From NCBI RefSeq assembly GCF_001194135.2, contig NC_068982.1, positions 104,722,991 through 104,786,979 of the forward strand: a DNA stretch of 63,989 nt, in the 5' to 3' direction. The translations under genes were made by a program, and so were the position numbers. Below the pieces are notes generated by a model, which saw only the letters and a list, made by a program, of their open reading frames with translations, did no database searches and was not told where the DNA came from. Positions within the stretch are counted from its first letter, which is position 1, and every line of letters begins with the position of its first letter. This document shows positions 1-12,244 of the stretch, piece by piece. Source of the stretch: Octopus bimaculoides (taxonomy: Eukaryota).

Positions 1-399
1 TTAAAAATATAATATACAAAATAAAGAGACTATTGTAATCCATTTATTTATTAATAAAAATAATCAAAAACATACACAAACTCTCTCAATTGCATACTAC
101 TACAAACAATACTGGTACTTCCCTCTAAAAAAAAGTTAATCTAAACCTAGCAGACCTATAATGAAAGGGTTCCATCCACGACCATCCTATCTTATAATCA
201 ACCATAGCATTTTTAGGACTATGTAAACCAACGCATCCCTATTTTGGTAATGCCATGTCTACATAGAATTTAACAAATATTTTCCTGATCACATGAAATC
301 CTTTATATTGAGAAGTTTCAATGAACTGAAAGTTCAACTACTTTGGAACAAATACCACCTTAAATATAAACATGACCAGTATTAACTTAATTAATATGC

Positions 400-3070
400 A
401 TAATATGCATTATTCTCAATATACAGTATCCATAGTAATGGTTTCACTCCTTGCTATAACACTATTATCTTCACATCTCCTTAAGACTTAAGGACTTTAT
501 AACCCGAGTAGATCAAATATTTTCAAGGATACCTTCACTATAGGTTCAATTCTGTTGTTTCACATCATCATCACAGGACTTCTTATAGCAGAGGAGGTAC
601 CACTAGGTAAATGACCAAATCACCACTTTTGTCTCATACTTGGTTGTGTCAAGTAGCTTGAGTTTAGACTTGATTTAGTTTCATGAACCAAAATTCCAAT
701 CCCATTCTTTGCAAAGTTAGCAGTGTTGTTTCCAACTTGTATCACAAAGTTTGTTACTTCTGAAGTTTAACACACTATTCTTTTTATCTCCAATTTGCTG
801 ATCATGTGGAATGGGATACAGACTGCATGGATTCTGACATCCCATCAAAATAAAAAGACTTTCGAACCTCTTCATATGAAGAGTCTTACAATAACTGAGC
901 AATAGTTGAAGTAGAACTAACTCAAACTTTTTTTCTATGGAGGGAAAGAGAACATCTTTAAATGCCATTTTAATTGTTTAAGCAATCCATTTCACAATGG
1001 CTTTTTAAATGGCAATATTTTGTTAGGAAAGCAGCTAGGAATGCAAACAGTTTTCTGTAACAAATAATTTTCAAATGGATAGGCTTTATATGTGACCTGA
1101 GGACTTACATACATTTGGATTAGGTCTATGTTAGTAGTACTGGATTGATGCATGTTTTAATGGATTTTTTACAGGGTGGCCAGAGGTTAATTGTGTTCCT
1201 GAAGGAGGAGCTCAATCATAAAACAGGTGTTACAAGCAATTCTCTCTTGGAATGATGAACCCATGGCCTCAGTGTCAGGCTGTATCATGGAATTTCATGA
1301 TAATCTTTGTTCTTTGTCACAGAAAATTGTTTGCATTCCTGGTCCTTGATATCACATGAATAGCCACGCCACCAAACTTCAAGCAGCATAAATCAGTAAT
1401 GCCACAATAGATATCACCACAAACACGTTTTAATGATTTTCTGCCTAGATACATTTGGAGAACATTAAAACCACCATTGTGAAAAATGTTGTTAATCTAT
1501 GTTTAACATGCTTATTGGGTCTTTCAGCATTTGGACCAGTTACTTCAGACACTCCTTTGCATTCTGGAAATGATTTTGCCCAGTATCTGAAGCTAATCAA
1601 TCAAGATGCAATTAGTCAGTTCCTATCCAGTGTATGAATTTATTAACATTATCGAAACTAATGTCTTCTGTTGCAATCTAAAACATAATTGTGAGAGTAT
1701 GTTGATGTGAGGAATATTTCCTTTAACATATGTGATATGAAAATCAAATGCTATGAGCTGCATGGCCCATCTCAGTATACATCTGATGTTCATTACACTG
1801 GTTAAAGATGAATTCAAATGCTCTGATTAATATAAGTAGGTATTTTCTACCAAGTAGAAGAATGATAGGCATGGTTTGTGGGCTATACAGTTGCTAAAGC
1901 CTTTCTCTTAATACTCAAACAATTTGACTCATCAGAAGTTAACCTCCTTGATGAATATAGCATGAGGTAGTTTTCTGGCATAGAATTTTCACTAACATCA
2001 GACATCCAGTCATCAAACATCCTCACAATGGAAATTTCAGTGAATGTCCATTTAAATTAACCAAACATCTGTTGCTGTACATTTTTCCAAACAATTTTGA
2101 CATTTTTCTTGTACAATTTTATAATTTCTTCAAAAGAAAACACAATATCATTTCTTGTTGTTGTATGAATTTTACACATCCATTGAGTAATATATTTCCC
2201 CAACTGAAATTGATCTAACATTTTTTATCTATAGGATACATGGTTTTATTAAGTCTCCTTTACATCAGTTCCTCTTAAATTTGATCATTTTAACTGAGCT
2301 TATTAAACACACAATATTTAGACTTATCTTGAAGATAATACAGTAATTTTATAATGAAGTCTTTATGCAGAAACATAAACCTGGTTCAGTCTACAATGAT
2401 CTATTTCTTTTTTAATTTCACATTATTCATTATTGTCTCGTGTATTTTATTGAAACACAGGTCTTTTTTGTTTTGGATGAGCCATTAGTGAGCCATTTAG
2501 CATAGCTTCAATACAAATCATTAGCAAAAATGTTATTTTTTTTGGATCATTATATTCATCATTATCCTTCAATATTTTTGTCCTAGCATTGCCAGCAAAA
2601 CATTTTACCCATATTTCAATAAGGACAGGATCATTTAGCACTAATTCAAATCCTACTGGCAATATTGTTGTAGTATTCAGAGATTTATAAAATAGTCAAA
2701 TTTACATTTTGGAAGTGTCAGTCATCTAATAGGTCAAACACAAAAAGCATGTACCATGACATATTTGTATGATAAAATATTCATAATAGCAGTTTTGCAT
2801 CTTCACAAGATGACAGATGTGAATAGCTGCTATTCTGAGCAGCTTGAACAACTGTGAAGAGCAGTGTTTCCTCAATTTTGTCACTCTAGCATCTCTTTGA
2901 TGACAAGAGGAATCAGCCAGCACCAACCTTAAATCTTCCTTAGAAGTGTACAAAGGCAGGTGAAATTTAATTTTAATTCTCAACATCCCTTGAAATAAAT
3001 CTTTACACTCCAGGCTGGAGAACACTGCCTGCTGCAGTTGTAGTTGTTTAGTCCAATACCCCCGACTAAA
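400..3070 (-). mobile_element. Decayed Ty3/Gypsy LTR-retrotransposon pol (RT, RNase H, integrase zinc-binding region); many stops and frameshifts
   Basis: Manual minus-strand translation gives motifs in Gypsy order: CIEAMLNG...PVFQ* (RT FQDD region, ~2450-2520), LMLYSSRRLTSDESNCLSIKRKALATV (RNase H, ~1880-1975), ILRWAMQLIAFDFHITYVKGNIPHINILSQL (RNase H end, ~1690-1785), EVWWRGYSCDI (integrase zinc-binding, ~1345-1380). Outer boundaries approximate; no LTRs recognised. Confidence 0.75.
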
Positions 3071-3090
3071 CAAGCCTACAAAGATTTTTT

Positions 3091-3274
3091 TTTTCTACTC
3101 TGGGCACAAGGCCCGAAATTTTGGCGTGAGGGGGCCAGTCGATTAGATCGATCTCAGAAGGAAACTGGTACTTAATTTATCGACCCCGAAAGGATGAAAG
3201 GCAAAGTTGACCTCGGCGGAATTTGAACTCAAAATGTAGAGACAGACGAAATACCGCTAAACATTTCGCCCGGT
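3091..3274 (-). mobile_element. tRNA-derived SINE, family A (octopus-type), head truncated
   Basis: Reverse complement of the family body seen many times in this window (gagttcaaattccgccgaggtcaactttgcctttcatcctttcggggtcgataaattaagtaccag...gggccttgtgcccagagtag). Confidence 0.85.
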
Positions 3275-3435
3275 GTAAAGATATTCAAGCCATAACCACC
3301 CTATATTTATCCCAAGTACAGTGCATCTTGAGTATTATCTGATGTAGTTTTTTTTATGACATTAAAGAGGAATACAAAATACAAAATGGCTGATAGTTAG
3401 CAAGGAGAGACACACCTAAGAAAGAAGAAACCAAA

Positions 3436-3480
3436 GGACCACTGATGAGGTCACAGAAGTGTGACGAAAGAACTCTGGCC
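3436..3480 (+). ncRNA. Minimal type-I hammerhead ribozyme motif in a Penelope-like terminal fragment
   Basis: GGACCA-CTGATGA-G-GTCAC(agaagt)GTGAC-GAAA-G-aa-CTC-TGGCC. Intact CUGAUGA/GAAA core, 5-bp stem II, CUC cleavage triplet, stem I GGACCA/TGGCC with one bulge or mismatch. Confidence 0.65.
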
Positions 3481-4189
3481 GAAATAGGATTAATGTAATA
3501 TAATGTAAAATAAAGCTGAAGCAAATTAACACCAAATATACAGTGCGTGTGTTTTTATTGGCTAAACTGGCAATATGACCGTTCCCAAGTACAACAACAT
3601 TAAAGAGTTGATTGAGGGAAATCTGACTGCTATTTTAGCAAGTCAAACAATCGTTTTTCAGCTGAGAGCAAGCTTGATGGAGCAAACCTTTTGTAAGTAG
3701 CCTTCTTGCTTTGACCATTCCATCCTTATCAGCCATAGTGTACCTAAGACTACATTATCCAGTGTGTGTTTTAGGATAGTAGGGTGTGTGATTCGACACG
3801 GAATGGATTGCTCTTTATAGCAGGTCGATCGACCGCATATGGGTTACCGGTGAATGGATGTGATGTGAGGAATATTTCCTTTAACATATGTGATATGAAA
3901 ATCATAGTTACAATTTTGGTTAGAGAAAAAGTCACAGGAAAATATAACTTTTCATTTAAATACCATAAATAATAATTATATAGTAGTCAGTAAAGGAGCA
4001 ACTTAAAATACTAATTTAAACGGCAATAACAATTACAACAGAAATAATAGAGGTTATTGTTGTTGCCTATAAAATATTTAAGTCGATTATTAAGAATATA
4101 TGACTTGCACACAATGACAATTTATAGAAGAGCCTTACACGTATATAAAAAGAAAATCAGTGTGTGTGTTTAGTAACTTTTTCTCTTGG

Positions 4190-5640
4190 ATTCAAGTTTC
4201 GTACGTTGGCTCGAAGTTAAGCATATCAATGGGGATGTCAACAAACTTCACGTCTTTTGGTGAGTACTCTATCTGTAAGTGATATTCTTTGATCCTATGA
4301 AATGCATTCAAGTACACAGGCTCGATGACATCAGGTTTTAATATGAGATAGCCAAATATATTTAAAATTTTATTTTGAAAGCTGTATGTAAACTTAAAAT
4401 AAGCAAATATTGAACAGTTTACTGGATAACTGGCGACAAATATATATAATCTATTGGTATAATCGTAATTATTGTGGTGGTCGCCGTCGTGGAGACGTAA
4501 CATTCGAACGAATAAAGTTAACGACCTGTTTTCGATTCCTGACTTGTTACCATTTCAGTTTATCTACGTCAGTAATGTCCTTGAGGAAAGCATCCTTATA
4601 AAATTAAGTAAAATTAAGATCTTGATAAAATAATTATTTCAATGTTAGGAATAATAATAACTGTTGAATAAGAGGTAAGCTATCAACAGTTCAATTACTA
4701 AAACCAGGTTCGATTCTAGATTGAACCAGTTTTATTTCACTTTCACTGTTAATGGCTTTGAAAATACTCGAACTGTACAAGCTTAGCATTTCCCATTCTC
4801 TGGGTATATTAGGTTTCATATTTATGTAAGGAGCAATTAGTATTTATTTCCAATTGTATTACTGCGTTTCACTTGTCTTATCCCCTATTGAGAGTTAGAT
4901 TTAGGTCAAGTTGACTGTAAAATGCAGCATGTGGCATTCAGTAGGTGTAGTCCGTTAGCCGTCCTGTTTACTATCTCTCCACTGTAGGAAGGACTCTTTA
5001 ATATTACGAAACCAAAGATAGTCTATTTTGTATTTCAAAGCAACATGGTGGCATTTTGAATCCCAGCTAAATCGATAGCCCTTTACTGAGATGTAAAACA
5101 TGTGTTTAACATTTTCTTGTGATATGCACAATACTGCAGTATATTTACTTGTCTTACCAGGTATTTATAAAATTTTTATATGTTATTGTCGCTTATAAAG
5201 TCGACTGTGAATGCAAATAACAACGTGCAGTAGTCGGATTGCATCGCAAGTATATTACGTTTGTGTGCTTTGTATATCTAAATATTATGAGTTTATAATG
5301 TTTTGCAGTTTATTTATGATACCCATGTATTGGAACACAGTTTCTACTTACATTGTTGTTGTTTTTAGACACACGTTTGGTTTTTATTTTGTTGAACTCT
5401 GTCCGATTCATTGATGTTTATGGATGTAAATAAACCACGCCAAAATTTGTCTTAACATTTTTATTAGGTGCCAGTGAAATTACTTAACTAATAACTGTTT
5501 GGTTACATCACTATATATGAAATCAGTGATGTTGGTAACCCGTTTCCCGTTATGTAACTCCAAGTTTTTAATACGGAAGTGTATATTTAGTTAAATGCAA
5601 TTTATTCTACAACTTCTACGGGTAACTTTTCACTTCGGTC
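4190..5640 (+). promoter_or_regulatory. Candidate promoter / first-exon region of the zinc-finger gene
   Basis: Visibly higher CpG density than the surroundings; strong + strand donors TTTG|GTGAGT (intron starting 4260) and AGAG|GTAAGC (4675); ETS-type CGGAAGT at 5574-5580. No transcript evidence. Confidence 0.3.
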
Positions 5641-7098
5641 TTTAATAGTCGCTGTTATGTTTCTCTCATGTAACAAGTAAATTTAATTATAACTTATTTT
5701 GGTTTAAATCAGTGAAACTTAACTGAATCAGAAGCATTATTCTAGGATATCTTCAATTCTTGTGTGTGATCTCTTTTTGACATTAGATATGTTATTATAT
5801 AAAATGTAGTGCTTGACAGTTAAACTACACGTTAATTAAAAGTTCAGTAATTTGTACTGTATATTTACTGTAAGTTTCTTTTAAACGAAAATATGTATAT
5901 TTGAAGTGAAGAATATGAATGTTTATAATGTTTACGTTTATTTTGGAAAGAAACCCTTCTTTTTATTTTTTTAAGCATGTTTTGACATCTGTCATTAGCC
6001 TTTATAACTTAACATAGTTTTAGTCAACATAAAATTATTTATTTTTAATTCTTTATGCTGATTTCAAAAGGTAGGTTTATTTCGGGACACGCAAGCAAAC
6101 TTTAACCTATTAAATGTTTTTAAAAATATTCGACCTAGTCATGTAAATATCATGGAATATTTTTTGTATGTTACGACTTTCAGAGAACAAGAACTGGCTT
6201 CTTAGGTGTCAAAAATAACTTTTTTCTTTCTAAGTTTGACTACCTGCTTAATACAACATGTCTAATGTTACTAGATTATATCGCTTTCTTTTGTCATTCT
6301 GCCAATTTGCGGTCGACTTGGTTTGAACCACTTTTGCTTAACTAACTCTCCTTAAACAGGATTTTTGTTTTGTTTCGTTTTGTAATGATCATTTTTTTTC
6401 TTCTTTATTTGTAAAGAAAATGTTTTAAATATTTCATAAGTAGTGTTTGTGGGTCTTTAATTGTATTACAATTGTTTTCTACATAATTACAGCGTGTGTT
6501 TAAAACTAATTTAGCCACTGCTTTATCAGCAGTGACTTTTGTATTTTGATGTAAATTACCTATTAAATTGACTTTTGATTCTTATACCAACAAATAGTCA
6601 TCCAAACCCGCTTTTGTGAAAAGGATAAGATCAGTAAAATATAATTTGTTTAGAATTGAACATATCTCTGCTCCGTAATTACAGTTCATTGATTGTGAGA
6701 ACCTGGGAACCATGCATTTTACTAGTGATTGATTGATGACTATTTTCTGACCTTTCACTAATAGATAGGGTTTTGTTCTATGACCTCCTAGAAAGCAATC
6801 AGTTAATTTATTTTTGTATATATAATTATGAGTTGTCATTCCCAAGCAAATTATAAACGTATAATATAGATTATATTTTTCTCGGTAATTTCTGTGCTTA
6901 TTTCTGATCTAGCTATGTATTTGGATAATTCATCTTCACTGAATTTTTGGATCAAAACTTTTTTTTTAAAGTCTCTAAATACTCTTTGTGTTTATTTGTA
7001 TTACTTCAGCTTACATACATAAATGAATAACATGAGAATCCAATTTATTAACGTTTCATCTGTGTAAATGTAATGCCAACTTATTGACTTTACTTCAG

Positions 7099-7180
7099 TT
7101 TCACAAAGATTGTTTGTAAAATCTTGAAACTGAAAACTTAATGGAATAAAACATTATGGGCGTGCAACTGAATTTCTCTT
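7099..7180 (+). other. Candidate 5' leader exon of the zinc-finger gene (alternative acceptor would start at 7010)
   Basis: ttacttcag acceptors end at 7009 and 7098; GTGAGT donor at 7181. Confidence 0.3.
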
Positions 7181-7440
7181 GTGAGTAGATAGACAACAGA
7201 ATGCTATTGAATATCATTGTTGTCCTGCCCCATCTTTACTTGTTGAACAATCATTTTCTATAATGCAAATTCTAATCAATTAGAACTTTTCATTTTTGCT
7301 ATTAAAAGTACTGGGACTAATATATCATTGTGAAAGTTAGCAATTAAACATTAAAGTCGTTATTGTCAACATAGCCATTAGTTTTTTTGCATATTTCCCA
7401 TTTAAATGTACTCTAATTATTTTTATATCACCAGGTACAA

Positions 7441-8121
7441 CTTTGTTCTTTTTGTAAATGTTGATTTCATAACATACTTTATAAAATAGTGTTAACTTTG
7501 TGTTGATTTATGTACTTTTTGTGTGTTTTTCAATTTCAACACTTAATCAAAAATATAATTCAACTGAAGTTTATACTTCAAGTGGCAAACATACAGTGAA
7601 GTACAGTATCAGTAGATGTAAAATTAAAGACTTTGATACCAAAATAATATATAATATCATTATGAAAAAACAATAAAATGAAAGGGATTAATAAATGCAT
7701 GCATGTTTCTAATATGCTAACATGACTCTTCCACAATAAAATTGCTAAGAATTAAGTTTGTTTGAAACAAATGCTGCTGAAATATGTTAGTACTTGGATT
7801 TTGTAAAGACTATTGGCTGTAAGCTCATAATTTGAAATCATATTACAATCTTTATAATCTTTGTTCTCTTTGTAAATGTTGATTTCATAACATACTTTAT
7901 AAAATAGGGTTAACTTTGTGTTGATTTATGTACTTTTTGTGTGTTTTTCAATTCCAACACTTAATCAGAAATATAATTCAACTGAAGTTTATACTTCAGG
8001 TGGCAAAGATACAGTGAAGTACAGTATCAGTGACCAGGTTGGAGATGTAAAAATACTTGGATTTTGTAAAGACTATTGGCTATAATCTCATCATTTGAAA
8101 TCATATTACAATCTTTATAAT
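7441..8121 (+). repeat. Local A-x-B-A'-B' duplication
   Basis: A 7441-7613 is near-identical to A' 7859-8031; B 7791-7858 is near-identical to B' 8054-8121. Confidence 0.9.
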
Positions 8122-8691
8122 TGGGTAAAGCACACTCTGATCTTACAAGTTACCTGGATGAAAGTTAAGGCTGTGTAGTGTCGATAAAGTTACTGTTATC
8201 ATTTTGTTTCTTCAAATACTCAAACATGAAATCTGTAACTTCATTTCAGGTTTTCTATTTTTGATTAAATTCAATTTAATAATAAAACAACATCTAATAA
8301 CATTACTTTGGAAGTGTCCTTCTTTCGATCTAAACCAAATAATCTGTCCTGTTTCATAATAAACCAATGTTCACCAATTTGTGATATATATTGAGCTATG
8401 TTACCAGCCTTTCAAATTCCCCACATAAAAGTTTGCATTCCTCTGAACTTACTCTGAGCTCTCCTTTTTTCAATCCAGTTTGATCCACTCATTTCTTCCT
8501 AACGCTGTTTCTGTTTCTCATGTCTAAAACCTCATATTCTTGATAATGGCTTTCTTTTGGAACTACCTATTTGTTTCACTGCCTGAATCATCACCAACTT
8601 GTAGAATTTAAATTGAGCATTATCTATATTTTCTCCTTCAGTTTTATAAAGCCTTTAAAATAGTCTAAACTCTGACCCTGTCAACAAATTT

Positions 8692-8759
8692 GACCCTACC
8701 GGCAACATTCTTTCATATGAATTTAAGAACTTTATATGGAAGAAGGTTGCGGTAGGGTC
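8692..8759. other. 68-nt near-perfect hairpin (pre-miRNA-like or mini-MITE)
   Basis: GACCCTACCGGCAACATTCTTTCATATGAA pairs with TTTATATGGAAGAAGGTTGCGGTAGGGTC: about 29 bp with one bulge, one mismatch and G-U pairs. Confidence 0.6.
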
Positions 8760-8994
8760 CTGTAAAGCATTAAGACTTAGTGTAGGTCCAACTTTTTATG
8801 TGACAATGATAACCTGCATATCTATTTTTACCTTACACTCAAATTCTCAAATTGACGTTACTTATATATTTGTGCATGTATCTCTCTCTATGTATGTATG
8901 TGTATGTATCATATATATATATATAAAGTGGGTAGACAAACAAAAGAAGAGTACTCAACACATTTATTGAGAGTCACATGTATAGATCAAAACA

Positions 8995-9114
8995 GTTTGA
9001 TTCAAACTCTGAGTTTCAAGTGTGTGGCTAGTCTTCAACCATTGGGGTCTGAGCCAGACCCCCAATACCCGAAGACTAGGTTGAAACCCAGAGTACTATG
9101 GAGTCTGAATCAAA

Positions 9115-9115
<1 letters not shown>
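8995..9115. repeat. Palindromic (fold-back) element
   Basis: Nested inverted repeats: gtttgattcaaactc/gagtctgaatcaaac, ctctgagtttcaa/ttgaaacccagag, ctagtcttc/gaagactag, attggggtctg/cagacccccaat. Confidence 0.8.
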
Positions 9116-9145
<30 letters not shown>

Positions 9146-9360
9146 ACAATTGCAGTGTGGAAGGTGTTTATAAGCCATTTAAAAACACGCAAAAACCGTT
9201 AGATTCACTTCAACATTTAAATATAATTTGTCAAAATATTTTCGTTGTGGTTTCAAAGCGACGAAAATATTTTGACAAATTAAATTTAAATGTTGAAGTG
9301 AATCTAACAGATTTTGTGTGTTTTTAAATGGCTTATAAACACCTTCCATGCTGCAATTGT
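9146..9360. repeat. ~215-bp long inverted repeat, probably derived from a Penelope-like terminus
   Basis: Arms of about 100 bp (acaattgcagtgtggaaggtgtttataagccatttaaaaacac...) are near-perfect reverse complements around the centre ggtttcaaa; flanked by (TA)n. Confidence 0.85.
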
Positions 9361-10494
9361 TTTTGTTTCAGCACACGATCTCAGATCAGGTCACGTGCTA
9401 TGCAAGTACATTTCTGTAATATATATATATGTATAACTTTTAAACTTGCTACATTAAAAACACTTGTTCTGATTTTATCCTTTTTTATCAAGTTTTCCTT
9501 TGTTTTTCATATGAGTTGTTTATAGTTGGCTTAGAACAGTAAATCTGTCAAATTTTTAGACCTTCCTTGACATTTGCACAGCAGTTTAGATTCTTTTTTC
9601 ATCTCTCACCATTTAATGATATGTATTATATGATTATAGGACATAATTTTTCCATTGATAACTCATTATTTTTCAAAAATCTTTAATTATAGTCATAAAA
9701 GAAGTATTATTTCAGTTTTCTGTAATATTGAAGGGTGTTTGCTATTTTTTACTGTTATTAATTTCTCTATGAATATCATATTGGGCTCAAATTCGCAGCT
9801 GTTCACTGTGCCAGTGTATTACTCATGAGAATATCAATTATTGCTGATATAGACACGAAGCATCAAACTTTTAGGAGAGTGGTAGCTGTATATTTTGCTT
9901 GTGTTTTAGCATTAGTAACATGATAAAGCTACTCTGGCTAGGAGATATGAATTCAGTCACTGAATATTAAGTGCAACACAAATGCATTTTCATAGGGGAT
10001 GCAAAGCTAATATTAATAACTTGCACCTTTGAAACAAACCTTCGAGTTGTGAAAAAGTGGGCTATTTATTAACCTTATTCTCGTATATTTATTTGTACTT
10101 ACTTTATCAACCTGAAGAGCAGAGTAGAGTTCATGCGATGTAAATTTGGAATATATGTAAAGGGATGCAATAAAATAATGTAAAATATTTTGCTTAACAC
10201 GCTACCAGTTCTCCCTTCCACCTTATTAATAATTATTTCTAACATAGATGTAAGGGATTGGTTAAGTTAATCGTCTCATGATTTGAACTCGGAACATAAA
10301 GAAACGCAACTAAATCTACAGTTTATCTCAACACTTTACCGATTCTGCTTTCTACGTGATCCTTTTTGTTTATGAGCTAGGGTTTTTTGTAAGGGAGATA
10401 AACAGCATTCTATATTTTAACTTTTAATTATTTCCCTTCGATAAATTTCTATTGTATATTAATGTCCCTTTAAATCATTGAAAAATATCTATAT

Positions 10495-10767
10495 CACTGG
10501 TTCTCAACCATTTTTTGATTAGGAACATTATGAAAAATTAAAATATTTTGTTTTATTGTAGAAGTATAAACCAATTTATTGCACATAAACTTTAACACAA
10601 TCTTATAAGGACTCATGTTTTAAAAAGTTTATTGTATTTTCATAGTTGAATATTATTAGGAATATTATAAAAAATTTAAATATTTTGTTTAATTGTAGAA
10701 GTATAAACCAGTTTATTGCACATAAACTTTAACAAAATCTTATAAAGACTCAGGTTGAGAACGACTG
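10495..10767. mobile_element. hAT (Charlie/MER1-like) MITE with internal ~100-bp duplication
   Basis: TIRs cactggttctcaacc / ggttgagaacgactg; 8-bp TSD atctatat / atctagat (1 mismatch); internal repeat 10518-10616 resembles 10655-10752. Confidence 0.8.
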
Positions 10768-11908
10768 ATCTAGATGAATCAATGTATTCTTGAAGAGAAG
10801 AATATCTATTTAAAATCCCAGATTAAGAATATCTAATTATTCCTCACCTCACTAATTTGTTGTGAAGAGATGTGTATTATTACATTAGTGTGAAAAATTC
10901 GAAAAAAATTGGCTTGTACAATTGTTAACCAAAAAAGATAAAAACAAAGCTATATAATTTTATTGATACAAACGCACACATTTTCAAGTGTGGAAAAATT
11001 AAATAATATATACCATACATTGTGGAACTTGTAAGTTAGCAGAGGTTAGGGATGTTTAGGTAACACAGGGGGTTGACAGACTTTTTTTGGACACCTGAAA
11101 TATAGTGCTTCTAGACACTTAGTGATAAACACACTTTTAGAGTAAAACAATGTAGACATGTGCATAATATTTCTGTTGTGATTGTACTCCTTGAGCACAT
11201 ACGTAAAAATTTAAGTAGTATTTTTATGAAAATTTTGTTAAAATCGTGCGACAATATTTTTTGCACAATAATACAACTCAGCTTCAGTAGTCCACACAGT
11301 TGCCTTTCTTTTCAATCACTTGCACTATTTGTTCCTTGTACCAGACATACATGTTCATTATGATATCTCTTTTTGTTTCTGTCTGTCTTCTTTTGGCTCC
11401 TAAAATCTGTTTCCATAATTCTGTCTCATTTGTCACTTCTGATCCATCAATCACCAGCTGTGCCAACATTTCTCATATATTTTCAATTCAGTCCAAGTCT
11501 GGACTTGTCATCACCCATTCCAGTAGACTTATTTTTATGTCTCGCATCCATTCCTTGACTGTTTTTAACATGTGAATGCTGCAGTTACCCTGTTGGAGGA
11601 TAAAAGTATCTCCCATTTCTTCTTTAATACAAAGCAAGGCTCTCTTTGCACCAGTTAGATGTTACTCATGCTGTTCTGCCTTCCTTTTAGCTAATCTAAC
11701 CAAAACTATAAACTTGGAAAGATCACGCCCCATACCATTACTCCACCTCCGCCCATCTGTCTTTTGTTCATCATCACTGGTTCAACTTTGCTTGATCAAG
11801 AGCACCAGCCATTAGGTCGAATTGGATTTAAATTGCTTCTCATCAGTAGAAATTACTTTGGTAAACTCAACAGGAGTAGTTAACCATAATTTTGCACAGT
11901 CTACCTTT

Positions 11909-12244
11909 GTGAAGGTGCATGGTTCAGTGGTTAGAGCGTTGAGCTTATGATCGTGAGATTGTGAGTTCGAATCCTGGACTGGGCTGTGTGTTGTGTTTTT
12001 GAACAAGACACTTTATTCCACGTTGCTCCAGTTCACTCAGCTGTAGAAATGAGTTGCGATGTCACAGGTACCAAGCTGTATCGGCCTTTGCCTTTCTCTT
12101 GGATAACACTGGTGGCATGGAGAGGGGAGGCCGGTATGCATGGGCGACTGCTGGTCTTCCATAAACAACCTTGCCCGGACTTGTGCCTGGGAGGATAACT
12201 TTCTAGGTGCAATCCCATGGTCATTCATGACCGAAGGGGGTCTC
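11909..12244 (+). mobile_element. tRNA-headed CORE-type SINE, family B
   Basis: A box TGGTTCAGTGG, B box GTTCGAATCC, CORE-like gaacaagacactttattccacgttgctccagttcactcagctg, distinct 3' tail. Confidence 0.8.

Noticed and set aside
4192-4503. 103-aa minus-strand ORF
   Set aside because: No recognisable domain or splice context; it overlaps the candidate promoter and is probably a chance ORF.
10112-10145. CTGAAGA-GCAGAG...TCATGC-GATG hammerhead-like remnant
   Set aside because: GAAA is lost and no stem I is present; at most a dead Penelope-type terminus.
11909-11990. tRNA-like A/B-box sequences here and at 38355, 63454 and ~16340-16415
   Set aside because: They are SINE heads continuing into CORE/tail sequence, not complete tRNA cloverleaves.
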